This document shows positions 8,884 to 19,023 of a DNA stretch of 64,000 nt, one piece after another. The translations under genes were made by a program, and so were the position numbers. This DNA comes from an uncultured Aquimarina sp. (GTDB lineage Bacteria; Bacteroidota; Bacteroidia; Flavobacteriales; Flavobacteriaceae). The notes below the pieces were generated by a model. The model worked only from the letters and a program-made list of their open reading frames with translations, was not told where the DNA came from and did no database searches. Location: positions 9,705 to 73,704 of the forward strand of contig CANMCO010000012.1 in assembly GCA_947496355.1 (NCBI GenBank). The letters are read 5' to 3'. The first letter of the stretch is position 1; each line of letters begins with the position of its first letter.

Positions 8884-8910
8884 CTACCGCTAGTCTTAGC
8901 CTAGCGGTAG
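8884..8910. other. Stem-loop at the 3' end of the RHS operon
   Basis: ctaccgctag-tcttagc-ctagcggtag perfect 10-bp inverted repeat just past the lipoprotein stop. Confidence 0.55.
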
Positions 8911-8922
8911 CGGGGATTTATA

Positions 8923-9558
8923 CTAAAGCTTGATTTCTTTAAACTTATAAACTTCCCTTTTCCCCTTTAAGCTATATTCTTTCTTAACATAATCAATTGA
9001 ATCAATGTTGATATTATCTGATTCATCATACTTATGAGTCTCCAAAAATTTGGAAGAATTAGAATCAAAGGTGATTACCTTTTTCCAACCAGTTGAAGAG
9101 TCATAATACTCGAAATAGTAATTATTCTCTTTCTTAAATCCAAATTCAAAGTCTTCTTTGTTTATCGAATAAACATTCTGACATATAACCAACTCATCAT
9201 CTTCAGTTATGTACAATAAATTAATGATTGGCTCTGTTGTAAAATCTCCCAGTCTATCATCATAATCAAATTTAATAAGGTTATACTTATAGTTATTCAG
9301 ATTGTAGCTTTTGAAATCTAAAGCCAGAAAATCGGGGTAATCAACTGCAATTATCTTATTCTTTTTAAGGAACCTGACTGCTTTTGTTTTATCATCTAAA
9401 AACTTGTCATTGGAAGAACTCACCTTTATATCCTGTTGCTTCTCCTCAATTTTGGGTGTATCAATAGTTCTTCTTTCAGGTTTGACGTCAGTAGTGTTTT
9501 TTTTACAGCTTGCACAAACTAAAAGCAGTAACAATATTTTTTTAAAATTGTATACCAT
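8923..9558 (-). CDS. Lipoprotein, putative cognate immunity protein of the RHS-M23 toxin
   Basis: Lipobox LLLVCAS-C; overlaps the RHS stop by 17 nt; position directly downstream of the toxin tip. Confidence 0.6.
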   Translation of the reverse strand: MVYNFKKILLLLLVCASCKKNTTDVKPERRTIDTPKIEEKQQDIKVSSSNDKFLDDKTKAVRFLKKNKIIAVDYPDFLALDFKSYNLNNYKYNLIKFDYDDRLGDFTTEPIINLLYITEDDELVICQNVYSINKEDFEFGFKKENNYYFEYYDSSTGWKKVITFDSNSSKFLETHKYDESDNINIDSIDYVKKEYSLKGKREVYKFKEIKL

Positions 9559-12500
9559 TTGTTAATCTATCTCTTGTGTTATTATTAATTAATTTTTCCC
9601 CAGTGTATCCATTTTCTTGAGTATTCTTGAAATCTTGGAATTCAAGAGTTAAAACTCCATCATCATTCCTGTAAATCTTTACTACTCCAGTAGAGCTCTG
9701 ATTCCCATTTTCATCTTGTGTCATAAATTTGACATTTTTGTACCCTACATTGGCATCCAATAGTGTTGACCTTCTTAAGAAAGGATTATTTGGTCCTCTT
9801 AATTCTGTCCCAATCTCGAAATGTAAATGTACATTTGGATTATTTGGGTCATCAGGATAATCAGTAGCATTACCAGTAGTTCCCACTTTGCCAACTTCTT
9901 GTCCAGCTGTTACGGTATCTTCTTTACTAACAGATGTAGATTCTAAATGAGCATAAAAATGATAATATGTATCTGTTACAGTTTCAGTAATTTTTTCTTT
10001 ACCATTATAACCTACCACTTTAGACCATTTATGTGTTGTCTTTATAGTTACATAATTACCATAAGTCGTGTTTTCACCTTCAGCAACCACGTATCCTGCC
10101 ATTGATGATTGGACACTTGTTCCTGCAGGAGCATATAGATCATGACCTGCATGCCATTGTTGTCCATTACTTCTCGTAAAACCAGCCCCTAAATTACTTG
10201 CTCTGTTAACTCTTATTCTTTCCATATTGGGTAAAACATTTTCACAAGGAATACCAGGAGGACATGGTGAATTTCCATCAGGATCAATAAAATAAATAGG
10301 ATTATTAAACGAATACCCATAAGGAGACTTATCATATTGAATTAGTTCATCTGCTAAAGCATCAACATTCATCCACCTTCCTAAAGCTACATTATAGTTC
10401 CTAGCACCAAAATCTAACCACTCTAAACCTATTTCATCATTTTCTTCTTTTCCCACAAACCCATAGTTGTGATTTCTACCATTTACAGCAGAATTATATC
10501 CTTTATGTGTCAATCCAAAAGGATAATAATTCTTCTCTTGTACAATCTCATTCTGGGTAATATTACCATCTTGATTAGCATCTTTATAAGATAATCTAAT
10601 GTTATTCAGGTGATCTTTAAATTGGTAAACATATCGATATGAACTACCATTTGGTGTTGCATATCCTTCCGGCGTAAACATGAACTGTAATTGCCCATTT
10701 TCATACATATAATTCCCAGCATACACTGTTTCTGTTAAAGAACTTCCTTCTGTTACGATCTTTTTCAATTTCGCTCCAGTGGCGTCGTAAATATAAGAAA
10801 TAGTTCCTGTTCCTTCGCTATTTGATATAGAAACGGTTGTTGGCAGATTAAGATGATTATAGGTCATCCCAGTGATGCCTTTGTTACGGTCTATGACCAT
10901 GTTACCGTTGTCATCATACTCAAAATCATCGTTGATATTGGTATCGTCTTTAAATCCAAAGGCATCATTAGCCGTATCAACCACTTTAAGCAATTTATTG
11001 CCACTATCATAAGTATATGCCAAGATATCCATATCCCCAAAGGTGGTAGCCGCTGTATTGGTATGCCCTTTTCTGCTTAGAGATAAAATATTCCCCATTT
11101 TATCATAAGTCACATTACTAAGGTTATACTTGTTATCATTACTAATACCTGTTTTTATCCTGTTTAGGGCATCATAAGTATACGTATAACTACGTGTAAT
11201 ATTATCATTGGCTGTTTGCCATGATGTTTTTGAGATATTACCATTGTATAATGGGCTTGTGCCTTTATTATAGTCAATGGCAAAGCTAAATAGATCATTA
11301 CCTAGCGTATTTACATTGTTGATTCCTTTTAGCCAACCACGTACGTTGTATGTGTAGTCTACGGTTTGCAAGCCTATTGTGCCAACCACAATAGCGCCTC
11401 CTACATTCTTACTAGTAAGTTGCCCTACTTCATCATAGTTATTACTAGCAATTAACTCCTCGTCTTGATTATCGATCTTTTGGGTTTGTTGGGTAACTCG
11501 GTCCGCATGATCATATTCGTATTTATCGATTGTAATTAGAGGTGTACTTCCGTTTTTAACATGAGAAGTAGTGGTTTCCATAACTCTGCCCGTAAAATCT
11601 AATTTGATTGATGTTTTATCGATAGTGCTCAAATAATGATTTCTGCTTCCCGTCCAGATCGTTCTTCCTTTTTTGTCATAAGCTGTTACGGCTGTAATCC
11701 AATTATTAGTGCCTAAAACCCTTATTTTAGTTCCTGTTGGCAACCCTCTAACATTATTGGTAGTTGCTTCTTGGTATACTGTTGCAGGTTTATCCATACC
11801 GTGAAGGTCAAAGTTATAATCATCATAATAATTAATCGTATGAATCTCTGTAATCCCTTGTGGTATTGCATCATTAGAATAATATATTGTAGTACCCGCT
11901 ATGGTAATGCTACTACTTTGTTTGGTTTCGTACTGTTTGTATACCGTAGTATTATTTGCAGAATCCTGTATGGCTGCTCTATCACTATTATTTGTAATTA
12001 TACCCGTATATGTAACTCTACCCATAGCATCATACTTAGTAAACAACCATTTACCTTGTGCTTTTAGATTTGCATCCTGACTCATTACAGGTTGATCTAG
12101 TTTATTGTATACGATATATTCCCATCCTTTGCCCGGGATCTTTTTTTCGATCAATCGGTTTCTATAATCATATCGATATTGGTAACAGAGTTCGGCAAGT
12201 TCGGTTGTAGAAACACCGTCGGTCGTAGTTACTTTAGGTGGTAATACATACGTAAGATTACCATAATCATCATATACATAATAGGTTTCATGAGGTACCC
12301 CTTCGTTATAACTACGTTTCAAAACAATACGGCCTTGTTTATCTTTATATTCTCTGGTAGTATGATTATCACCACTTGTTGTTTTCCAGTTTTCATCTTT
12401 GGTGATGCTTACCATTAACTCATTCGCTGCATAAAAGTCTCTCTTTGTCAAACTTGGTTCTTCGGTAATACTAACATCAGTAAAAGTAACGTCAAAGCGC

Positions 12501-14926
12501 ACAACTTCGTTGGCTGAATTATGTCTCCAATCAAATTTGACGGTATGATCCGTATCACTGTTTGGATCTGCCTTCCAAGCTGTACCCGGTGCCCCTTGCT
12601 CTAGTATTCGGTTTAACGGCGAAGCTTCATAAATACTTTCTGAATAGGCATTTACTTGTGCCGGATTAGTAATGCCAGGAAAATCATTGGCATAGGTATT
12701 TAAATAATAACTATTAATATGATTAGTTACATTTACCGCTGTATATGCTCCTGTAGCTGCCTTGGTAAAAGGTAAATACTGCTTAGCTTGTCTACCCAAC
12801 TCATCATATTCGATATGAGAGATGATGTCCTGTTCTGTAGGTGATGCCTTGATCGCCGTTTGTTGTTTTGGCCTGCCCAATCCATCCATATACGTTACAG
12901 TTTCTGCCACATCTTTATTGAATTTGATCCCGCTTGGCAGAGTCATTTCTTTTAGATATGTTCTACTATACACATAGTTCTCATTATTTGATAAGGTAAG
13001 TGTATAGGGAGCATTTTTACATCCTTGTTGATCTCCAAATTCATCTGGACATAAATCAGTGCTATTTGCAACGTATCCTAGTGGTTGCTCACATGCATTT
13101 GTAGTATCGCTAGGGTCTCCTAATCCATCATTATCAGTATCGGCATACCATTTGGTATTGGGATGAACCCCCGAATTAGTATCATCACAATCGGTTACAG
13201 GAAGTACACTACGTATATATCCAGACCCTGGACTAGTACATTGGGTTTTGGTACTACCTGCAAAACCATCGCCATCACTATCCTTGTACCAAATCGTATC
13301 AGGGTGAATGTTGATATCATCATCATTACAATCTCCTAATGGTTTTACAGTTAAACTATAACCATTTCCCGGGTTACTACATTGCGTCTTAGTCGTACTG
13401 GCAAAACCATCACCATCACTATTCTTATACCAGACTGTATTAGGATGAATAGCAGCATTACTATCATTACAATCTCCCAATGGTTTTACAGTTAAACTAT
13501 AATCACTTCCCGGACTACTACATTGTGTCTTGGTCATACTAGCAAAACCATCACCATCACTGTTCTTGTACCAAACTGTATTAGGATGAATAGCAGCATT
13601 ACTATCATTACAATCTCCTAATGGCTTTACAGTTAAACTATAACCACTTCCTGGACTGCTACATTGCGTCTTGGTCATACTGGCAAAACCATCACCATCA
13701 CTATTCTTATACCAAACAGTATTAGGGTTGATTGAAGCATTACTATCATCACAATCAGATACAGGCATCGAAGTATAGGTATATCCTGATCCTGGGCTAC
13801 TACATCTTACTAAAGTACTTGCAGCAAAACCATCACCATCACTATCCTTATACCATTTAGTATTAGGATGAATCTTATTATTGTTATCATTACAATCGGT
13901 TACTGGTAATACATTATACGTATATCCAGCTCCTGGAGAACTACAACGAGTTGTCTTGCTACTGGCAAAGCCATCACCATCACCATCCTTATACCAAACA
14001 GTATTAGGGTGGATATATCTATTACCATCATTACAATCGGTATTATTGATCACATATCCTAATGGTTGATTACACCCTTTAAAAGTAGTTCCCGAAGTAC
14101 CAAAGCCATCACTATCGTTGTCTTTATACCAAATAGTATTAGGATGAATCGCCGCATTGTTATCTACACAATCACTATTATTAGTTACATATCCGCTTGG
14201 CTGTAAACTGCGATAAAGTCGATCCACAGCTGCTTGAGAACCATACGTATCCTTGTCAACATCTCTATAAAAATATCGAGGAGTGATATTGGTGATCCAT
14301 TTGTCACTATCGTTGATATCATCATCATTACTTACATAACCTGACGGCTGCGTACATTTTTTTGTCGTTGAGTTCTTATTTCCCCATCCATCACCATCGG
14401 CATCTCTGTACCAAGTTTTATTAGGATTGATTGAGGCATTACTATCATTACAATCACTATTATTAGTGACATAACCTCCCGGACGAACACTACGGTAAAC
14501 TTTTACACTGGGGTTACCGTAACCATCCCCATCTGCATCTCTATAAAAATTTCGAGGAGCAATATGAGTAATATGAATATTATTATCATCTCTATCATCC
14601 TTGTATAGCACATACCCTGATGGCATGGCACACTGTATTTTTATAGGACTGGTTCTTCCTCTTCCATCACCATCAACATCTCTATACCATCTCGTTGTAG
14701 GGTTGATAACTGCATTAGCATCATTACAATCCGTTTTATTGGCTACATAACCACTTTGTGAACTGGTAACATAAGAGGAATTTGGGTTGCCATATCCATC
14801 ACCATCGCTATCACGATAATACTTGGTAGTACCTCCACCTCCATCACTTGGGCCATCAGTTAATTGCGCTTGTGTTGTGTACCCTAACAGTAGTAGGAAT
14901 ACAATCATATATATGTTATTTTTCAT
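9542..14926 (-). CDS. RHS repeat-associated core protein (DUF6443-type) with N-terminal DxDGDG repeats and C-terminal M23 peptidase domain
   Basis: Signal peptide; 13 (W/F/Y)YxDxDGDG-type repeats; TYMDGLGRPKQ; YD repeats; core EKNYYPFG, DFGARNY, YSFNNPIYFIDPDG; M23 motifs HAGHD, YAHL, HLHFEI. Confidence 0.9.
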   Translation of the reverse strand: MKNNIYMIVFLLLLGYTTQAQLTDGPSDGGGGTTKYYRDSDGDGYGNPNSSYVTSSQSGYVANKTDCNDANAVINPTTRWYRDVDGDGRGRTSPIKIQCAMPSGYVLYKDDRDDNNIHITHIAPRNFYRDADGDGYGNPSVKVYRSVRPGGYVTNNSDCNDSNASINPNKTWYRDADGDGWGNKNSTTKKCTQPSGYVSNDDDINDSDKWITNITPRYFYRDVDKDTYGSQAAVDRLYRSLQPSGYVTNNSDCVDNNAAIHPNTIWYKDNDSDGFGTSGTTFKGCNQPLGYVINNTDCNDGNRYIHPNTVWYKDGDGDGFASSKTTRCSSPGAGYTYNVLPVTDCNDNNNKIHPNTKWYKDSDGDGFAASTLVRCSSPGSGYTYTSMPVSDCDDSNASINPNTVWYKNSDGDGFASMTKTQCSSPGSGYSLTVKPLGDCNDSNAAIHPNTVWYKNSDGDGFASMTKTQCSSPGSDYSLTVKPLGDCNDSNAAIHPNTVWYKNSDGDGFASTTKTQCSNPGNGYSLTVKPLGDCNDDDINIHPDTIWYKDSDGDGFAGSTKTQCTSPGSGYIRSVLPVTDCDDTNSGVHPNTKWYADTDNDGLGDPSDTTNACEQPLGYVANSTDLCPDEFGDQQGCKNAPYTLTLSNNENYVYSRTYLKEMTLPSGIKFNKDVAETVTYMDGLGRPKQQTAIKASPTEQDIISHIEYDELGRQAKQYLPFTKAATGAYTAVNVTNHINSYYLNTYANDFPGITNPAQVNAYSESIYEASPLNRILEQGAPGTAWKADPNSDTDHTVKFDWRHNSANEVVRFDVTFTDVSITEEPSLTKRDFYAANELMVSITKDENWKTTSGDNHTTREYKDKQGRIVLKRSYNEGVPHETYYVYDDYGNLTYVLPPKVTTTDGVSTTELAELCYQYRYDYRNRLIEKKIPGKGWEYIVYNKLDQPVMSQDANLKAQGKWLFTKYDAMGRVTYTGIITNNSDRAAIQDSANNTTVYKQYETKQSSSITIAGTTIYYSNDAIPQGITEIHTINYYDDYNFDLHGMDKPATVYQEATTNNVRGLPTGTKIRVLGTNNWITAVTAYDKKGRTIWTGSRNHYLSTIDKTSIKLDFTGRVMETTTSHVKNGSTPLITIDKYEYDHADRVTQQTQKIDNQDEELIASNNYDEVGQLTSKNVGGAIVVGTIGLQTVDYTYNVRGWLKGINNVNTLGNDLFSFAIDYNKGTSPLYNGNISKTSWQTANDNITRSYTYTYDALNRIKTGISNDNKYNLSNVTYDKMGNILSLSRKGHTNTAATTFGDMDILAYTYDSGNKLLKVVDTANDAFGFKDDTNINDDFEYDDNGNMVIDRNKGITGMTYNHLNLPTTVSISNSEGTGTISYIYDATGAKLKKIVTEGSSLTETVYAGNYMYENGQLQFMFTPEGYATPNGSSYRYVYQFKDHLNNIRLSYKDANQDGNITQNEIVQEKNYYPFGLTHKGYNSAVNGRNHNYGFVGKEENDEIGLEWLDFGARNYNVALGRWMNVDALADELIQYDKSPYGYSFNNPIYFIDPDGNSPCPPGIPCENVLPNMERIRVNRASNLGAGFTRSNGQQWHAGHDLYAPAGTSVQSSMAGYVVAEGENTTYGNYVTIKTTHKWSKVVGYNGKEKITETVTDTYYHFYAHLESTSVSKEDTVTAGQEVGKVGTTGNATDYPDDPNNPNVHLHFEIGTELRGPNNPFLRRSTLLDANVGYKNVKFMTQDENGNQSSTGVVKIYRNDDGVLTLEFQDFKNTQENGYTGEKLINNNTRDRLTNGIQF
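13020..14830 (-). repeat. Intragenic array of about 46-47-aa DxDGDG/Cys repeats; central copies are near-identical 141-bp units
   Basis: atcattacaatctc recurs at 13322, 13463 and 13604 (141-bp period); boundaries approximate. Confidence 0.8.
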
Positions 14927-14945
14927 GTTTTCTTACTTTTGGGAA

Positions 14946-17900
14946 TTAGTTCTTGTAATGATATTTGTTTTCTGAAACCAGCTTGCCTTCGGCATCACGA
15001 ACATATTGCAGTCGATTATAAGTATCATACTCGTAGTATACTGTATATCCCCTAGGATCTGTCATACTTGTGACTCCAATCATAGGATCATATGTATATG
15101 TTGTAATCATTACCGTACTAGGAAGAACTGTTCTTAAATTATTTAACGCTTGACGTAGTGCTCCTTCAGTCCCGGAATTTCCTATGGCATGATCGGTATC
15201 CAGATTGGATTTAGATTCGATATTGTCTATATAACTCGATACTGCACTATAGGTAGTGTTTTCTAATTTGGCTAAGGGATATTGGTGATTATATCCCCAG
15301 ATATATACCATAGGGGTACCATCTGTCTTGGCCACTTGTCTGGGATTACCAAAATCATCATACAAGGTATAGACTACTCTTTTTTCTAAATCGTTTAATC
15401 CGTTCGAGGTTTGCACCTCTTCTGGTAGTACTAGGTTATTTCCCCATATTTTATGTTTGGTGTATACTTTATAAAGTACGTTCTCGGGATCCGTTCCTTC
15501 TTTTTTAGAGGTGATCACTTCTATTGGAGCAGCAATATGGTGTTGATCGATCAGGAGTTGTTCGGCATTCGACCTATTCACAGTAGCAATATCTTGTGGG
15601 TAAATCGTTTGGGTTTTGATTAACTTTCCTTTACTATCTATAGTTTCGGTTCTGGTTTGTTGTAAATGCTGTGTATTATCATAGAAAAAATTCTTGGTAG
15701 TTGTGATCGGATTTTCGCCATTACGATCGTACTGTCTGGCAACACGTTTACTTATCGTATGCCATTGTGTTTTTAAAGAGTATTGACCTATTGCGAAAAG
15801 ATTATTCTCGAAGGTAAAATTTTCGGTCTCTACATAAGAAAAACCTTCCTTCATCTCCGCTTCTCTGCGTACTACATATACATTAGTGTCTTTATCTAAA
15901 ACAGCATTTTTATTATAGATGTTTTCGATTTCAGATACCTTTTGAAACTGATTTCCATTTTTAGTATAGGTAGTGATTCCTTTATTTCTTCCAAAGCCAA
16001 AGAAATTACTATTTCTGATACCCGATATATAGTCCCCCTGTATTGTAAATGCAGGTTCGATAGCAAAACTACCTTCAAATTCGTGTTGTACTGCTCCTCC
16101 TGCAAAGTTGTTACCCAACTCTTCGATCACATTACTATATCCGATATGGTATCCCTGAGCATACAATGAAAACAAGGTGTTTGCTGTAATGGTCGTATAG
16201 CCACACTTGTTGGTACTAGAGCATATTCCCGATCCGTCAGGACCAGCGCCAGTGTTTCCGGTGCCACTTGTATTACCAGAGTTCCTAGAGCTCGAACCGC
16301 CAGAACCTCCAGAACCACCATTGGAACCTCCTCCAGAATTAGTATTATCTCCCTGACTATTAGGGCCATCACCTGTGCTTCCCCCTCCATTACCTATCGT
16401 ACCTGAAGAACTTTCCATACAAAATAGCACTCTAGAATTGATTACAGTAGGCCTTAGATTTCTATTAAAAATGCTCCCCGAGTCACAGTCTAAACAATCC
16501 ATTGTACCGTAATGATACTTCTTAGTTTCTATTTTACCACTGTCATTTAATGTATTCACTTGTTGAATGCGCATCCCGCCTACAGGGATATTTTCCTGAG
16601 TAATAATCATAGGCGCATCATAATAACGTAATGTAACACCAGACAATGAATACCCTGGATCTAACTGAATCGTAAATCGATAGGCATGTCCTTTCTCTAA
16701 TTTTACATACATCGACCTGGAAAAGTTCCTACTATACACACCATAAGGAGTCATAAAAGGATTCTGTCCATGAATATCAGACTCACCATACACTGGTTTT
16801 GTTGTACCCGTGGTGAGATCCTGAACCTCGATTAAGGCGATATTAAAATCGACAGTAGTAAAGGTACCATCCTCTGCAGCAAAAAAATCATCCAGATTTG
16901 CTTTAAAAGACAAAAATCCTTTATGATCAAAATCAACATTGGGAATATCAAAACTATTGGTTAGCAAACCATTTTGGGCAACATCTGCAGTTTTCGTAGC
17001 TATAGGAGGATAATTTTTTACTTTGCCATAGTAGGCATGACCTTCATAGGTAAATTCATTGCTTCCTCCTAATGGATAAGTTACTCCTTTCAATAGCCCT
17101 TTAAATGCAAAAGAAGGGTCTGGTGTGCGGTTGGCCGCCTTAAAAGAGCTCAACGCATTAAGTAATAAATAATTACCCGAGATTGCGTCAATAGTTCTTT
17201 GATCGATCAGGTTTTCATTTTGATTTTTTCCATTGTAAAACCCCCAATGATCCTGTGCATATGAGAATCGCGAAGGTAAATCTTCGGGGTTGAAATATGC
17301 AAATGTATGAGGAGGCAAGCCGTTACCATTTTTATCTACTTCGGTGATAGATGATAAAAAATATCTTTTGCTATAATATTCTTGCGAAATGATATCATTA
17401 TTTGAAGGGCCGTTACTGCCTGTAATCAAATAGGCGAGGTCGAAACTTTTTATCACTTGAGCATGATAATCATGTATGGTAATATGATCCAACTTCTTAA
17501 AACCGGTTGGCATCTGTGCTTTCTGAGAATACTCAAAAGTGATCTTTCCGGCAGCTGTAGAGTTGATTTCGGTAAGATAACTGAAATTTCCTGTGGCAAA
17601 GGTTAAATATGCATTTTCACTTGATGGAATGTCGCAAAATCTGGGAGCTACGCCGTAATTGGTTATGCTATTTTCTTTGTTGATACTTTGTGAGATACCA
17701 TTAGAATAATTCACACCTCCTTTTGCATACGAAAAAGTTATCTCGTCTCCAGACGGATGTGTCATTTTAGTTAGATACCAGGCAGACGCAACATTCTCAG
17801 GCCCTTCGGGATTATCAGCCTGATTACTGGCTTGGTATCTAAATTTTTCTATAGCATTGGTCCCTCCAAAATAATATATTACCCCAGTAGGGTCTGTAAT

Positions 17901-18479
17901 CTTAAAATGAGTTTCCTGATTTACTTGTAATAGTTCTACTTTTAAAGGACTAGGTTCTAAAAAGACAACATTTCTAGAATACATAAAGGTACTATTGTCG
18001 TCTAGATAAAACTTACCACTGTATCCATTAAAACTAAATGAAAAAATATCAGGTTGTGTATCTACGGCATTGTTACCCGATCCTGTAGCTGCAATTACAA
18101 AATTGTATTGATCTACACTGGCATCAAGATTTACTTGACTAGCCGGTTTGTATTGATTTTCGTCTTTTTGCCCAAATACTGTTCTCGTAATAACTCCATT
18201 AGCAGAGAGATTCCATCCCAATCCCAACGAGGATGAGTATTCGTCTATTCTAATTCCGTTAGAACTATAATTTATACTAATAGGTAATTGTAAAGCTCCT
18301 GACTTAAATTGATAAATTGGAATACCCAATTGTGGTGTCCCTGTAAAAAGGCCAACCGGAACTTGACCATATTTTCCTATGGATGAAGCCTCTGGTGATT
18401 GTGGAAGAATATTTTGCAATGTCTGCCCCATGGCAATGGTGCATACCATTACCTGCATGAATATGAAAAGTTTTTTCAT
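14946..18479 (-). CDS. Large secreted YD/RHS-repeat protein (SpvB/TcB-like N-terminus), partner of the downstream RHS core protein
   Basis: Signal peptide; GLFTGTPQLGIPIY...LPISINYSS...LGLGWNL...ITR; C-terminal YTYDPMIGVTSMTDPRGYTVYYEYDTYNRL. Confidence 0.75.
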   Translation of the reverse strand: MKKLFIFMQVMVCTIAMGQTLQNILPQSPEASSIGKYGQVPVGLFTGTPQLGIPIYQFKSGALQLPISINYSSNGIRIDEYSSSLGLGWNLSANGVITRTVFGQKDENQYKPASQVNLDASVDQYNFVIAATGSGNNAVDTQPDIFSFSFNGYSGKFYLDDNSTFMYSRNVVFLEPSPLKVELLQVNQETHFKITDPTGVIYYFGGTNAIEKFRYQASNQADNPEGPENVASAWYLTKMTHPSGDEITFSYAKGGVNYSNGISQSINKENSITNYGVAPRFCDIPSSENAYLTFATGNFSYLTEINSTAAGKITFEYSQKAQMPTGFKKLDHITIHDYHAQVIKSFDLAYLITGSNGPSNNDIISQEYYSKRYFLSSITEVDKNGNGLPPHTFAYFNPEDLPSRFSYAQDHWGFYNGKNQNENLIDQRTIDAISGNYLLLNALSSFKAANRTPDPSFAFKGLLKGVTYPLGGSNEFTYEGHAYYGKVKNYPPIATKTADVAQNGLLTNSFDIPNVDFDHKGFLSFKANLDDFFAAEDGTFTTVDFNIALIEVQDLTTGTTKPVYGESDIHGQNPFMTPYGVYSRNFSRSMYVKLEKGHAYRFTIQLDPGYSLSGVTLRYYDAPMIITQENIPVGGMRIQQVNTLNDSGKIETKKYHYGTMDCLDCDSGSIFNRNLRPTVINSRVLFCMESSSGTIGNGGGSTGDGPNSQGDNTNSGGGSNGGSGGSGGSSSRNSGNTSGTGNTGAGPDGSGICSSTNKCGYTTITANTLFSLYAQGYHIGYSNVIEELGNNFAGGAVQHEFEGSFAIEPAFTIQGDYISGIRNSNFFGFGRNKGITTYTKNGNQFQKVSEIENIYNKNAVLDKDTNVYVVRREAEMKEGFSYVETENFTFENNLFAIGQYSLKTQWHTISKRVARQYDRNGENPITTTKNFFYDNTQHLQQTRTETIDSKGKLIKTQTIYPQDIATVNRSNAEQLLIDQHHIAAPIEVITSKKEGTDPENVLYKVYTKHKIWGNNLVLPEEVQTSNGLNDLEKRVVYTLYDDFGNPRQVAKTDGTPMVYIWGYNHQYPLAKLENTTYSAVSSYIDNIESKSNLDTDHAIGNSGTEGALRQALNNLRTVLPSTVMITTYTYDPMIGVTSMTDPRGYTVYYEYDTYNRLQYVRDAEGKLVSENKYHYKN

Positions 18480-18627
18480 AAAATGTTTGAATTTGTATTT
18501 TAATTAATCCCCTAAAAATGATCAATAACATTTGTTCGTTTACGCTTTAAAAAGAAGCCATTGAAAAAGAATATTTAACTCATATGTACAGTTGTTCAAT
18601 CCATATGACAGAGATCATTTATAGGGT

Positions 18628-18635
18628 CAAATGTA
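18628..18635 (-). promoter_or_regulatory. Candidate -7 promoter box for the RHS operon
   Basis: TACATTTG on the minus strand matches TAnnTTTG. Confidence 0.45.
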
Positions 18636-18932
18636 ATTGCAATACAATCAGAAAGGCAAGAAGTAACACCATCAATTCCGTGAAACGGAACCGATAAAAA
18701 CGGCTGTAAAATATTGTAATACAGAATTTTACATAAATTTTTAAAAATACCTTAATTTATAAAAAGGTAATCTCATAAAACTTATAAAGTGGCTATTACA
18801 AGTAAATCAGGAAACTCATTTTACAGATCTCAAAAATACTATCCTCTAAATTTGGAAGGTAAATTTTTACTATAGAAGATGAAAAACAGGGGCTTGAAAA
18901 AGGGGATAAATAATTACAAATATTTTGCTAAG

Positions 18933-18971
18933 CTCTGCTCCTTTTAAAATTTATAATTATGGTTTTTTGAA
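18933..18971 (+). repeat. 39-bp perfect direct repeat, copy 2
   Basis: Identical to 5884-5922. Confidence 0.9.
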
Positions 18972-19023
18972 TATCTTCCAACCAAAAATATATTTGTCAA
19001 CTTATTTTCTTTACTATCATAAG

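Larger units (their letters stand above)
5884..18971. mobile_element. Putative acquired island (TPR-AraC regulator, peptides, HTH, RHS system) bounded by 39-bp direct repeats
   Basis: Direct repeats at both ends and accessory cargo; no integrase or transposase inside, so mobility is inferred only. Confidence 0.4.

Noticed and set aside
13180-13890. Regular direct repeats that could be read as a CRISPR array
   Set aside because: 141-bp in-frame coding repeats inside the RHS gene; no unique spacers and no cas genes
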